A DNA stretch of 64,000 nt from Leucoraja erinacea (lineage: Eukaryota), in the NCBI RefSeq assembly GCF_028641065.1, contig NC_073377.1, positions 161,138,001-161,202,000 of the forward strand, given 5' to 3'. The number at the start of each line of letters is the position of its first letter. Within the stretch, counting starts at the first letter, position 1. The translations under genes and the position numbers were made by a program. Below, piece by piece: positions 23,609-37,206 of this stretch. The notes below the pieces were generated by a model. That model was not told the origin of the DNA and did not search any database. It saw only the letters and a list, made by a program, of their open reading frames with translations.

Positions 23609-24734
23609 ATAGAAACATAGAAATTAGGTGCAGGAGTAGGCCATTCGGCCCTTCGAGCCTGCACCACCATTCAATATGATCATGGCTGATCATCCAACTC
23701 AGTATCCCGTACCTGCCTTCTCTCCATACCCTCTGATCCCCTTAGCCACAAGGGCCACATCTAACTCCCTCTTAAATATAGCCAATGAACTGGCCTCGAC
23801 TACCCTCTGTGGCAGAGAGTTCCAGAGATTCACCACTCTCTGTGTGAAAAAAGTTCTTCTCATCTCGGTTTTAAAGGATTTCCCCCTTATCCTTAAGCTG
23901 TGACCCCTTTGTCCTGGACTTCCCCAACATCGGGAGCAATCTTCCTGCATCTACCCTGTCCACAACCCCGTCAGAATTTTGTACGTTTCTATAAGATCCC
24001 CCTCTCAATCTTCTAAATTCTAGAGAGTATAAACCAAGTCTATCCAGTCTTTCTTCATAAGACAGTCCTGACATCCCAGGAATCAGTCTGGTGAACCGTC
24101 TCTGCACTCCCTCTATGGCAATAATGTCCTTCCTCAGATTTGGAGACCAAAACTGTACGAAATACTCCAGGTGTGGTCTCACCAAGACCCTGTACAACTG
24201 CAGTAAAACCTCCCTGCTCCTATACTCAAATCCTTTTGCTATGAAAGCTAACATACCATTCGCTTTCTTCACTGCCTGCTGCACCTGCATGCCTACTTTC
24301 AATGACTGGTGTACCATGACACCCAGGTCTCGCTGCATCTCCCCCTTTCCTAGTCGGCCACCATTTAGATAATAGTCTGCGTTCCTGTTTTTGCCACCAA
24401 AATGGATAACCTCACATTTATCCACATTATACTGCATCTGCCAAACATTTGCCCACTCACCCAGCCTATCCAAGTCACCTTGCAGTCTCCTAGCATCCTC
24501 CTCACAACTAACACTGCCCCCCAGCTTAGTGTCATCTGCAAACTTGGAGATATTGCCTTCAATTCCCTCATCCAGATCATTAATATATATTGTAAATAGC
24601 TGGGGTCCCAGCACTGAGCCTTGTGGTACCCCACTAGTCACTGCCTGCCATTGTGAAAAGGACCAGTTTACTCCTACTCTTTGCTTCCTGTTTGCCAGCC
24701 AGTTCTTTATCCACATCAATACTGAACCCCCAAT
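23609..24734 (-). mobile_element. Young CR1 LINE, RT core to 3' end
   Basis: VTSGVPQGSVLGPQLFTIYINDLD..KFADDTKLGG..; a frameshift near 24000. Confidence 0.95.
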
Positions 24735-26039
24735 CTGAGAAGATGGTTCTTCTGGCAATATTAAAAACTAAAACTATACTGAATATACCTTTACATCTCC
24801 TTTTTGCCAAAATGTCCAACTGAAGCTTTCATACAATGATGGAGTCATATTGAAAAACAGCAGGGAGATGGGTCTGTTGGCTCACCTAGTCAGCAGCAAC
24901 CATCATGCATCCGATATTACACAAATCCTAATTATTTAACACTAATTTGTTTTATTCTCCACACATTCACGATTAACGTTTCCTCAGATTCTACCACTCA
25001 TCTACACATTAGCGGTACTAGAGAATGGCCTGGTTACCCGCCAACCTTCATGATTTATAAACATGGAGGAAACCAGAATATTCAGGATCCCACATAATCA
25101 CAGAGAAATAGTACAAACTCCATGAAACAGCAGCCGAGGTCTGGGGCTAAGATCAGAGGAGCAGAAGACAGCCGCTCTACTAATGACACCACTGTTCAGC
25201 CTGAGTTATTCAGTTGTTGCTGAATATTCAGAAATGGCTCAAGGAGGCCTGATTGTAGCTGTTGTTCCGAATTACACCACGTATTAAAATTTGAATACCA
25301 GATCTATTTCCCAGATGTCAGGTGTAGGCTGTGTTCTGAAACCTGCTCTAATTATAAATTGCAACAAAAAAAGAGATAAAAATATAAATCATACAAATCT
25401 GAAATTTTGTAGACAAACTTGCTCCGAAGAGGGGAGGTTGGATCTGAAATATTCTCTCTGCTCCTCGTGGGAACTCTGCAATAAAAGAACAATTAAGACC
25501 CATTTTAACATTGCCAGAAATTGGCAGCCAAATGCCGTGAAGTCATTCTGCACATGGAGACCTTTCAGCTGACAGCATGGACAGCTGTGATTGTCGAACC
25601 ACACCATTGTAGATGTGAGTAGGCAATATCAGTAATTGAAGGAAGAAAGTCATGAATTAAAATAATCATTTGAAGATTATTGCCTATGGCCAAGTAGTAA
25701 TTACTGTAGCAATCGAAAAGAACAGCATCCTGCATAATGATTGTACACGTTAAATAGCAAACCTCACCCAGTATAAAGACTATACCAAGTTGAAACTGAG
25801 TCGGTTTTGGATGATATAAGGTTGCTCCAGAAAATAATATGCAGTGAACTTTTTAATTCAGCTTGTAAATTCATTATCTCTTGGAAATTATTCCAGGAAG
25901 TTGTCTTTCACATAATGAAATAGAAAGGTATTGCATTATGTTAGGACATTCAGGGATGGATTAGTCTTTCACAGATGATTAGATACATCTATTCTTTTCC
26001 ATAGCCTAGTGCTTCTTATAGTCACTAGACATTACTTTA

Positions 26040-26324
26040 GAAAACAGGCCCTTCAGCCCATCGAGTCCGTGCCAAACGCCGATCTCCCCATATCCTGTAT
26101 TAACAATATCCTACATGTTAGTGACAATTTTTGTACAACATACGGGAGGCAATTAAATTTACAAACCTGTACAACTTTGGAGTGTGAGGGGAAACCAGAG
26201 CACCTGGAGAAAACCCACGTGGTCACAGGGAGAACGTACAAACTCCACAGAGTGAGCACCCGTAATCAGGATCGAATGCAGGTCACTGGCGCTGTAAGGC
26301 AGCAACTCTACTACTGTGCCACCC
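26040..26324 (-). mobile_element. HE1-like SINE
   Basis: Same body as the 12190-12724 SINE. Confidence 0.8.
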
Positions 26325-26374
26325 CTACTACTTTTCCTATCAATTGCCCGCCCAGCAAACAAAACAACAGCTTA

Positions 26375-26600
26375 TGCCCCTGTCCCACTTAGGAAACCTG
26401 AACGGGAACCTCTGGAGACTTTGCGCCTCACCCAAGGTTTCCGTGCGGTTCCCGGAGGTTGCAGGTGGTTGCCGAAGGTTGCAGGTAGTGGAAGCAGGTA
26501 GGGAGACTGACAAAAACCTCCAGGAACCGCACGGAAACCTTCGGTGGGGCGCAAAGTCTCCAGAGGTTTCCGTTCAGGTTTGCTAAGTGGGACAGGGGCT
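26375..26600. mobile_element. Harbinger-type MITE, same family as 12457-12686
   Basis: Near-identical sequence; flanks TTA / TAA. Confidence 0.9.
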
Positions 26601-26764
26601 TAACTCTTCATTCAGTGAAGACATGTTCAGTTCTCTGTGGTAATCTTCACTATGGATACCACTATTTTCAATGTTTATCTTTGTGCAGCGACAGTGTTCA
26701 CTTTATTTAGAGAAATAAGCACCAACACGAATAATTGGAGCATGTCAGGATAATGCATCTCGTA

Positions 26765-27700
26765 GTGGCATGGAACTATAATGTTGTGGCCATTATGGAG
26801 ACTTGGTTGGTTGGGAGAGGGACAGGACTGACAGCACAATGTTTTCAGAGTTTTAATGTTTCAGACGTAATAGAGAGGGAGGTAAAGAGGTGGAGGAGTT
26901 GCATTACTAATCAGGGAGAATGTCACAGTGGCACTCAGAGATGGCACAGAGGGCTCATCCACTGAGGTAATATGAGGAAAGCTCAAAAATAAGAAACCTG
27001 CAATCACTCTGATGGGATTATACTATAGTCCTCACAATAGCCAGCAGGAGATAGAGGGACAGATATGTAGATAGACTGTGGGAAGAGTCAATAGGAATGG
27101 TGGTGTTATAATGAGTAACTTTAACTTCCCCAATATTGACTGGGATTTCCTTAGTGCAAAAGATTAGGACAGGGCAGAATTTGTAAGGTGCATCCAAAAG
27201 GGTTTCTTGAACCAATTTGTGGATTGTTCAACTAGTGGAGAGACCATAATGGACCTGTATTGGGAAATGAACCTGGCCAGGTGTTTCTGTGGAAGAACAT
27301 TTTAGGAATTGTGATCACAACTCCATAAGTTTTAAGATAGTTATGAAGAGGGAAAAATCTGGACCAATGGACAAAAGTACTAAATTTGGATAAAGCAGAG
27401 TATAACATTATTCGGCAGGAGCTTCGGAGAGTATATTGGGAGCAGCATTTATGGAGAAGTCCACATCAGATATTTGGTATTTAGCTAAAAAGTATCAGAG
27501 TTAATCAGAGTTGAGGATCAGCATGTTCCAGCAAGGAGGAGGGAGAAAGATAGCAAAGGAAGAGAACCTTGGGTGATAAGAGAGGTTGTAAATTTGGTCA
27601 AAAAGTAAAAGGAAACATATGTAAGGTTCAGGAAGATGAAATCAGACAGGGCCTTCGGGGAATACAGAGCAAGCAGGAAATAACTCAAGCAAGGAATCAG
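26765..27700 (+). mobile_element. Decayed CR1 ORF2 endonuclease region
   Basis: WNYNVVAIMETWL, YYSPHNS, FNFPNIDW and CDHNSISF motifs. Confidence 0.8.
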
Positions 27701-27704
27701 AATG

Positions 27705-28063
27705 GTTGTTAGGGGTTGTGTTATGGTCTGACTCTGGGGTGGAAGATTGCAACCTTCACATGGTCCGCCCTGTTTCGACTAATGCAATCGACTCGACGTA
27801 CACAAATGGAAAATCAAATAGAAAAAGTTGTCCAACAACTTTAGGCTGTGCACGCCACACGAAGGAAGAAGATGGTCTGACTCCGACATGTATATTGATT
27901 GCCTCCTTTTAGTGATAAGGATCGGATGAACCGCAGCACAAAATTGCCTACAGTCTCCAATAATCAGTATTTTCTTGTTTTCAACCATGTGGGTACATTG
28001 ACCCCCCCCCCCTTGCAAACGCGCTTTGGGAAAACAGACCCAACGGGTCTGCACTTGGTCTAG
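27705..28063 (+). mobile_element. Helitron 3' fragment
   Basis: CAGACCCAACGGGTCTGCACTTGGTCTAG|T, identical to the 3' terminus of the 1038-1343 element. The 5' boundary is a guess. Confidence 0.7.
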
Positions 28064-28359
28064 TTGACATGTAAAAATGCATTTACTTACACAATGTGTA
28101 TATCCCTCATGAGCTGCTCCACAGGTTCGCCATTAGGCAATGCAGAAACAACTGTTTTGGCTGTGACAGTCATGCATTTACATTGTGATTTAACTAGAAG
28201 GTGGCTTTCAGCATCAGCTGTAAGAAAATAGACATGGTTATTAGCTTTCTGAATCAGTAGCATTTATAATAAGTGTGGACGTTACAATGTCCAGCAAATC
28301 CAGGCGCAAATTGAATGCATCTGTTAATTGGCTTGCGAGTACAGAAAAAAAACTATAAG

Positions 28360-28822
28360 GTAAGATAAGATAAGATAAAATACCGTTTATTGGCGTTTGA
28401 ACCTAAGTTCAAACAATATGTCGTTTCTGCAGTTGTACGAACAAGAAAAAAAAACAAGACACACAATTAACACAATTTACACAAACATCCATCACATTGG
28501 ATCTCCAAACACCTCCTCACTGTGATGGAAGGCAAAGTCTTGTCTCTCCCCTGTTCTTTATTCTTTTCCTGATGTTTGTATGTATGAATGTATTTATGGA
28601 ATTCCCTGCCACAGAGGGCAGTGGAGGCCAAACCACTGGATGTATTTAAGAGAGAGTTAGATAGAGCTCTAGGGGCTAGTGGAGTCAAGGGATATGGGGA
28701 GAAGGCAGGCACGGGTTATTGATAGGGGACGATCAGCCATGATCACAATGAATGGCGGTGCTGGCTTGAAGGGCCGAATGGCCTCCTCCTGCAACTATTT
28801 TCTATGTTTCTATGTTTCTATG
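28360..28822. mobile_element. 3' end of non-autonomous retroelement (minus, 28360-28580) next to a CR1 3' end (plus, 28597-28822)
   Basis: (aagat)n tail with TTTGAAC-CTAA-GTTCAAA hairpin, then WNSLPQRAVEA.. and a (tttctatg)n tail. Confidence 0.75.
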
Positions 28823-30679
28823 TACACAATATTTTAAATGCAGCCTCAGTAAGCCTAGATAATTGTTTTAAGCCATTTGTATTTTTGTACTTGAATCCTC
28901 TTGCAATAAAAGCCAACATAACACAAGACATGTTGTGCCTGCATGCTACCTTTTAGTAATTCATGTAAATGGTCACGCAGATTCCTCTATCACGCCATTC
29001 AATCTTTAATTACTTAAAAAGACGCTACCTTTCAATTTTTTCTACCAAAGTGTACAAATGTACATGTTGCCACAATCAGTTCCTGCCTGTTTTCCTGAAG
29101 CCTCTGCACCCTCATCACAACCAACATTGCTACCCAGCGATGTAGCAAGTACGAGTGTGGAGATTTTACATGATATCTAAATGGACATAGAATGTGAACA
29201 GTAGTTGCTCAGTCACTCTGTTTCACAGATCTCTGTACCTTCTGGCAGATGAGTGCTGGCCCACCAACATGCCATAAACATTCATCACAAACATGGGGAC
29301 CGGAATAATATCTAAGCTGACGGATGTGTGGTTATCTGGTTTATCTCATCTAAAATAATGTGGTGATAGCAGAGCTCTGAAAAATGATATAAATTGTTTT
29401 ACAATACTTAAGATTTAAAAAAAATTCCTACAGTGAAAATCATCATGCCTTGAAGATTTATTTACCAAAAATCAATTATGTTTTTCCTTTAGCTTTTACC
29501 ATTTACATTCATTCAATTTTCCTTTGATTTGCGTTTTGTTTTGTGTCGTTGATATTTTATTTCCCTCGGGATATAAAATATTAATTTCAAAAGTGCTCCG
29601 TTCACTTAGTGTTCAATACAATCTCACTGGTATCTCTTACGATCTTCCCTCGTAGTGTTATTTTTCAAAATGCATTTATATTAAAAATTAGATTTTTGGT
29701 TTTAACCTTGATGATGCTTGCAATTCTTTTTTCAATTTCTTCCATTTATTACTTAACATGCACTCCTGACGTCGCTCTGAGCAAAGATGTGGTTATCTTA
29801 TTCAAAAATAGTATTATAATGGCTGGCATTAGAAACGTAAATGTCTCGTTTTTGGCAGTGAGTATGCGTTTGGCGCCGGGTTCAACTCGCATTGATCGGG
29901 TTGAGGTAGAGGGTAGTCAAGTAATAAATGCAAGAACATGAAAAAAATTGCACGTACCATCAAAGTTAACACTCATTTATTAGTTCATTTGAATTAAATC
30001 ATGAAATAATGTTTTTTGGAGTCTTTCAAATGTAGTAGAGTTTTAGGAAACAGAACAGTTTTTAAATTTGCTTTATATGTGATTTTAAAAATTGTAATCA
30101 TCTTTTGTGAATCTGACCATTCATTTATACATTTATATTCAACAATTGCATTTTACTTGAATTTTAAATCTTTTCATTAAGTTTTTTAGTTTATTTTAGT
30201 TTTATTTATATCTAAAAGTCTTAATTAATAGTCAAGGAGGCCCAATATAGCAGTGTCCTATCTGCTTGGGTATGGATATCAGTATGGGATGCTTTAGGAC
30301 CTGTTATGACACTTTGCTTAAATAACTAAATGGAAATAAAGAATCCGAGCTCCTCAATTGATGAGTTGGGAATTAATATTCCCTTTCTTTAGATCCATGT
30401 GTTACAGATTGACTCTGGAACTACCGGTAATCTGGAGTTAATTTATGGTGAGTAGAAACTAAAACCTCTGTAGCAGAAACTCATTTTAAGTGGTTGCTCA
30501 AATTTGGGAGGAATTACACAATTAGTAACTTCTATTTAAAAAAAGTCAAGATATGCCAAAGATGCACATTCATGGCCACGGGATACACAGCAAGGACAAT
30601 GTTATCATTCATAAATCACTGGGACCGCTGCATGCGGAGGCGATCATATTCATCTGCAAAGAGACTGCATGAGTATACG

Positions 30680-30982
30680 ATACAGCATGGAAACAGGCCC
30701 TTCAGCCTTTCGAGTCCATGCTGACCATCGATATATCGACTATCACACGTTCTATGTTATCCCTCTTTCTCATCCACTCTCTGCACATTAGGGACAAGTT
30801 ACAGAGGCAAATTAACCTACAAACCCGCACGTCTTTGGAATGTGGGGGAAAACCAGAACACCGCGAGGAAATCCGAGCGATCACAGAAAGAACGTGCAAA
30901 CACCACACAGACAGCACCCAAGGTCAGGATCGAACCTGGTGTTGTGAGGCAGCAGCTCTACCAGCTGCACCACTGTGCCGCT
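30680..30982 (-). mobile_element. HE1-like SINE
   Basis: B-box reverse complement ggatcgaacc; shared body and CR1-like tail. Confidence 0.8.
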
Positions 30983-32174
30983 CTAGTGCTCGTACAGTCC
31001 ACAAATCAATTCACATCTAGTCTAATCTAGGCTTGTACTACTGTCTCCACAAACAGTCAACTCATTGTCGTTGCTTCTCATTATGTAGGAAGAAAACGTC
31101 TTCATTATTTTTTAGTTTTTATACTTTAGAGGTTTCTATTGCTAAGAAAACAGGAAATATTTATGCATCACATTGAACAATGAAAAATGTCATAATTAAA
31201 CACCACACCTGCTGCAAGAATTGTGAAAAGCAGAATTGCTGCAAAAGGCTTCAGTACTTGTTTGTTCTTCATAACTGGGAGCTTCACCTTCTTTGATCTT
31301 CCGTTTGTCTTGTGGCTCTACACGCAGTCTGATCAGAGTGCTCACACAAAATGAAAGACCAAAGTGTTTTGCCTGTTTTTTTGAATTTGTTCCTTTAATT
31401 AGCTTCAAACTATTTTCGGTTCCATTTTAAGACATAGCTTTAGACAGAAACCAGATGCTGGATCCGCTGCCTTTGATTGGGGAGTTTTAAAAATAAAAAA
31501 CGCAACTGAAATTAATTCAGACATACATCCAACCACAACTGGACAGCTTGCAATGATTTTTCTTAGTAAATAAATCCAGTTTTGGCTCACAACAGTGCAA
31601 GAAGCAGTAGAGACCCACAGATGAAGTGAGATGCAAAGAATGGTGACAGTAATATGGGCTGAAAAAACTAACAAGTAAAAAAAAAAACTTACGTATTAAT
31701 AAGGACAAACTAAAAAGTTTAACAGGTATATTGAGCTGGTGGCTGAAGAAATATCGAGCCCTCCAAAGACAGATGCAAGGGACATTTTAAATGCAAATCA
31801 GAAAACCGCAGAGCAGTTAAAAATATTTCTTGAATTCTCACAATAGGGATATGAGGAAACTAAAAATAAATCTATTGAAGACATTTTACTGGGTTTTTAA
31901 GAAATAAAAGAAAAGTTATGGTAAAAATAATAGCTTAGAATTGATTTTGCAACAATGTTTTTCAGTGTTAAATCACTATTAGCGATCTCTGTGAAGTGGC
32001 TTTGAGCATTTCTGACAGGAGTGCGTTTATTGGTGCCTGCATGAAAACTATGGGATGATTTATTTTATCAAATGCTGCTGTGCTTCATGCAGGCAGACAA
32101 GGCGTTATTACCCAAACCTCGTATATCTGCCATATATCCTTACACCTCTGACTTCCTTTAAAGAGTCACGCCAC

Positions 32175-32628
32175 ATATAACCATATAACAATTACAGCAC
32201 GGAAACAGGCCATCTTGCCCTTCTAGTCTGTGCCGAACACTTATTCTCCCCTAGTCCCATCCACCTGCACTCAGACCATAACCCTCCATTCCTTTCCCGT
32301 CTATGTACCTATCCAATTTATTTTTAAATGATAAAATCGAACCTGCCTCCATCACTTCCACTGGAAGCTCATTCCACACAGCTACCACTCTCTGAGTAAA
32401 GAAGTTCCCCCTCATGTTACCCCTAAACCTTTGTCCCTTAATTCTCAAATCATGTCCTCTTGTTTGAATCTTCCCTACTCTCAATGGGAAAGCTTATCCA
32501 CGTCTATCCCTCTCATAATTTTAAAGACCTCTATCAAGTCCCCCTTAACCTTCTGCGCTCCAAAGAATAAAGACCTATCTTGTTCAACCTTTCTCTGTAA
32601 TTTAGGTGCTGAAACCCAGGCAACATTC
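32175..32628 (-). mobile_element. CR1 LINE 3' fragment
   Basis: GDLIEVFKIMRGID..TRGHDLRIKG..FFTQRVVAVWNELP. Confidence 0.9.
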
Positions 32629-32800
32629 TTGCCACAATGCGTGGAGAAATTTTCCCGCCAGCAGGGAATGTTCACAAGGGAAGATTGAATTCTCTGGTGC
32701 TGGGTTGGGAGGGAAGGGGTTGATATATCCTGGGGGCAGAGAAACGTACACTCTCTGGAGTAGAATCGTGTGTGGAGGAGGCATCTTCCTAGTCCAAGGA

Positions 32801-33083
32801 CATTACAGCGCCAGAGACCCTGGTTCGATCCTGGCTACGGGCGCTGTCTGTATGGAGCTTGTGTGTTCTCCCTGTGATCGTGTGGGTTTTCTCTGGGTGC
32901 TCCAGTTTCCTCCCACACTCCAAAGACGCACAGGTTTGTAGGTTAATTGGCTTCGGTAAAAATTGTAAATTGTCCCTAGTGTGTAGGATGGTGCTAGTGT
33001 ACAGGGATCGCTGGTCGGCGCGGGATCAGTGGGCCGAAACGCCTGTTTCCACGCTGCATCTCTAAAACTAAAAACTAAAAACT
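32801..33083 (+). mobile_element. HE1-like SINE (5' truncated)
   Basis: B-box GGTTCGATCC at 32822-32831; tail (aaaact)n. Confidence 0.85.
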
Positions 33084-33584
33084 AAGATGGTATGGTTTCA
33101 GTATGATCACAAATGCGTGCTCTGAGCTTTGTGAAATGTTGCAAATGCAGATCCCCCTCTGAATGATAAAGTCACATCAACCAAAAAGTCAAAAATTCCC
33201 CACCATAAAGGTTGTATATTTTGACCTTTATTATGCCGCAGTGATTTATAAGTTACTGGCTGCAGAATTGTGAGGCTGTATTTCAGGGAGGTGGTGACCT
33301 TCACCTTGAACAAGGGCAATAGACACACTTGCGTGAGGTGGTTCTTGGCGATTTCAGAGATCGCTCTTGTATGTGTGGACTTCCTGGTGTGAGGATATCC
33401 TGAGTGATAGGTTGATAAAAGAAGACCTACAAAACCAGGAGTGGATAATGTGTTGGAATACTCACTCTTTTCTCAAATAGTTTCTCGTTGCTCATTTCTC
33501 AGCTGATGAACGTGAAACTACTCATGTATTTGCATAAATTATCGGTGTTTCATCACTAGCTTGTGAGATTCTCGGTGTTTCAGC

Positions 33585-33895
33585 ATCTATCCCACCTCGA
33601 CAACAGAGACACCTGCGTGAGAATGCTGTTCATCGACTTTAGCTCAGCAGTGAACACCATTATCCCCTCCAAACTGATCACCAAACTCATCGACCTGGGC
33701 ATCGACCCCTCCCTCTGCAACTGGATACTGGACTTTCTGACCACCAGACCCCACCCAGTCTGTTAGGTTAGACAAGCACACCTCTTCAACCCTCACCATG
33801 AACACCGGCGTTCCACAGGGCTGTGTGCTGAGCCCCCTCCTCTACTCCCTCTTCACCTACGACTGCACACCTGTACATGGTACTAACACCATCGT
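33585..33895 (+). mobile_element. Rex1/Babar RT fragment
   Basis: [45 protein letters not shown]. Confidence 0.88.
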
Positions 33896-34573
33896 CCAGG
33901 AAAGAGAGTTCACGTCGCGGCCCTGCTTCCACCAATCTTTCCACCATCACGCACAAGAAGCACAAGAAGCGACAAGGCGGACACCATTGTATGCAGATGC
34001 CGAGAAGTGCGTTCAGCTCTGAACAGCATCTAATCTTGTGAGGTGGATGAATGGGGTGCATTTAATCTGGCTTTTGTCAGTGATGCCAATGTACTTGTGT
34101 CGTTGAAGCTGCACTCGTGCTGACAAATAGAAAATAACGCATGCCGTCCCCGACTTATATAACGTAGATGGTGGAAGGCTCGGCAAGTTAGTTGAAATCA
34201 GTGTCACAGAATACACAGCCTTTGACTGACCATTGTAATTACCTGTACAATAATTATATAGATGTCTTGTTTCAGTTTCAGACCAACGGTGACTCCTACA
34301 ATACTGCTTTCGTGGCTTCATGAAAGTTAATGCTGTTGAATGTCAAGGAAAGTTAGTTACATTATTTCTTGTAAGAAACAAGTATTGTCTCCAACATGGA
34401 CTTGATGTGATAGTGTGCACATGTATGTGCCTCAAAAAAGTCAAAAATAAGATTTTTCAATATTTTTAACATTACAAAATGATGACTAAATTGAAAAAGT
34501 AAAATGTATTAATTTTGCCCACAAGCAGCTTATAGTGCGATGATCTGCCATAGACAACAACAGCAATGAGCAA

Positions 34574-34735
34574 TAGAAACATAGAAACAGAAATATAGGT
34601 GCAGGAGTAGGCCATTTGGCCCTTCTAGCCAGCACCGCCATTCAATATGATCATGGCTGATCATCTAAAATCAGTACTCCGTTCCTGCTTTTCCCCCATA
34701 TCCCTTGAATCCTTTAGCCCGAAGAGATACATCTA
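34574..34735 (-). mobile_element. CR1 3' end
   Basis: (atagaaac)n tail plus CR1 3' UTR. Confidence 0.85.
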
Positions 34736-35269
34736 ACCCAATACGTGTACCTGCATCTTTTTGTCTACAAATAAAGCACTGTGTCAAATATGGGCACAAC
34801 ACAAAGTGCAGGAGCAACTCAGAAGGTCAGGCAGCATTTGTGGAGGGAATGGAAAGATGATGTTTGGGTCGGGACCCTTCTTTAGTCTGAGCTTCTCCAT
34901 ATTTTATGTTTTGCTCAAGATTCCAGTATCTGCAGTTTCCTGTGTCTCCACTGTTTCAAACTTGGGGCATATGTCACTTGTCACACGAGTCCAGTACTGA
35001 ATAATGTCTCTATTTTGAGGCCCCATTTCCTTCATGTTTGCAATTCAATTCAATTCAAGCATTTTCTCACTTAAAACAAGATAGGAACATGCCGATATAC
35101 AAACCAACCAAGTCGGAGCAAGAGTGGCACTTTCAGCCTGTTCCGCCATTCAAAAAAATTGCAACCTCAATCTGAATTCCTGCCGACCCAGTTAATCTTT
35201 CACCCCCATGCTCATCAACATTGTTTCTACCTCTGAATTAAAAATATTCAAGGTTGCTGTTTCTCAACA

Positions 35270-36132
35270 TTCAAGATTCAAGATTCAATTTAATTGTCAT
35301 TTGGACCCCTTGAGGTCCAAACTAAATGTCGTTTCTGCAGCCATACATTACAAACAAATAGACCCAAGGCACAACATAATTTACATAAACATCCATCACA
35401 TCGCTGTGATGGAAGGCCAAAAAAACTTATCTCTCCACTGCACTCCCCCCCCCCCCCCCCCCCCATGTCAGAGTCAAAGTCAAAGCCCCCGGCTGGCGAT
35501 GGCGATTTGTCCCGCGGCCATTAAAGCCACGCCGGGTGGTGCAAGGTCGCACACCGGGTCTTGGTGTTAGAGCCCCCGGCGTGCGCTCGCAGAGTCCCGC
35601 GGCCATTCCAAGCCGCGCGGGGCGGTGATGTCAGGCCCCGCTCCAGGAGCTCTTCGACCCCGCAACTCGGGCGGGAGAAGTCGCCATTGCGAGAGCCCTG
35701 AAAAGCGGTCTCCCTCCAGGGACCCGCGGGCTCCCGGTGCCGCCGTCCGCCAGACCCGCAGTTGCAGCCTCCGAATCTCCGGAGGTCGGGCCGCAGCAGC
35801 AGCACGCTCCACCACCGCTCCACCCGCTCCGGACTCGGCCAGCTCCGTGACGGTGAGGTGAGTCGTCAGCACCAGAGCCCCCGGTCTTCCTGTTGGGGGC
35901 CGCTCCCCGTTGCAGCCCCAACGACAACGGAGACCCGACAAGAAAAGGTCGGGTCTCCCGTGCAGGGAGAGATTTAAAAGTTACCCCCTCCCTCCCACCC
36001 CACCCCCACCCCCCCCCACACACACACCCCCAACAAAAAATAACAAAAACTACATAGAAACATAGACAAAAAATAATAAAAACGCGGACGGGCTGCAGAG
36101 GCCGCTGCTGACGAGAGTCGCGCCGCCTACCG
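35270..36132 (-). mobile_element. Full-length CpG-rich non-autonomous retroelement (family 1)
   Basis: 5' end CGGTAGGCGGCGCGACTCTCGTCAGCAGCGGCC coincides with that of the 49822-50680 copy; 3' stem-loop plus microsatellite tail. Confidence 0.8.
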
Positions 36133-37206
36133 AGTTTCTACTTCCCTTTCAGGAAGACATTCCAAAACTCATTATTCTTGGTAGAGAAAAAAGTTCCCCA
36201 AGCTGCCTCAACCCTGACTTAAATGAATGACTCCTTCTTTTTAAACAGTGTCCCCTAATTAGAGATTCTCATCCACAATGCAAAGGTCCTTTCACATCCA
36301 CCATGTCAAGCCACCTTGGGATGTGCTATCAGTCTGACATTCCAACAAAAAAACGGGGCTCCCGATATCATCTTCTTCCATCTCCCCCTTCTCTACCTTC
36401 TCCTCACCTCCTACTGTTCCTGCGCCTCCTCTTTCTACCTTAGACCATATTGGTCGGTGTGGGCGAGTGGGGCTGAAGAGCATCTTTCCACACTGTATGA
36501 CTATAACTATAATCACCTTCCCAGATGTTGGCAAATGCTGACTCTATAATTGCCAGGTTAAAGAAGGGTCCTGATCCGAAACGTCACCTGTCCATGTTCT
36601 CCCGAGATGCTGCCTGACCAACTGAGTTAATCGTGCATTTTGTGTTTTTAATTATAAAGTGGGATATCTACCTCATGCTGAACTGCAAGTTGCAGAGTAC
36701 GTGGTCTGGTGTTGGAAGTCAGTTCAAACAACTGATTCTGCGAGATTTCTCTACGAAGACTTCTACCACAAAGTACCTTCCAACTAACTCTAGACTTGGA
36801 AAACTGCTGTACATTGGGGTGTGCAGAACATGAGAGTGAGATGATGACTTTAATATTAACATTAATGGCCATGTAAGGGCTGGTCGTGTGACTTTCCTTG
36901 TGCAGATGAGACCACTGCAAAGAAGGATTGGTCAGATGGTGCACAATAATGCTGGAGAAACTTAGCGGGTGCAGCAGCATCTATGGGTGCAGATGCATTT
37001 TCCAGCATCTGCAGTTCCTTCTTGAACACTTCGTCAGATGGTGTGTAGGTAGGTTCTATGAAACTCAGTCGCATCAATAAGGCATTGCATGTAACATGGT
37101 GTGTAGCATCTGAACGTTAATTCAGATGATCTTGTCCGTTATAATTGTGAATATGCTATAAAATTATATCTCTGAGTAAAGTTTTGAGATGAACTTTACT
37201 ATCTAA

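Noticed and set aside
28850-34400. First exon or promoter of TRIM2, expected from mammalian synteny
   Set aside because: No TRIM2-like peptide or non-repeat CpG island was recognised. A non-coding exon cannot be excluded.
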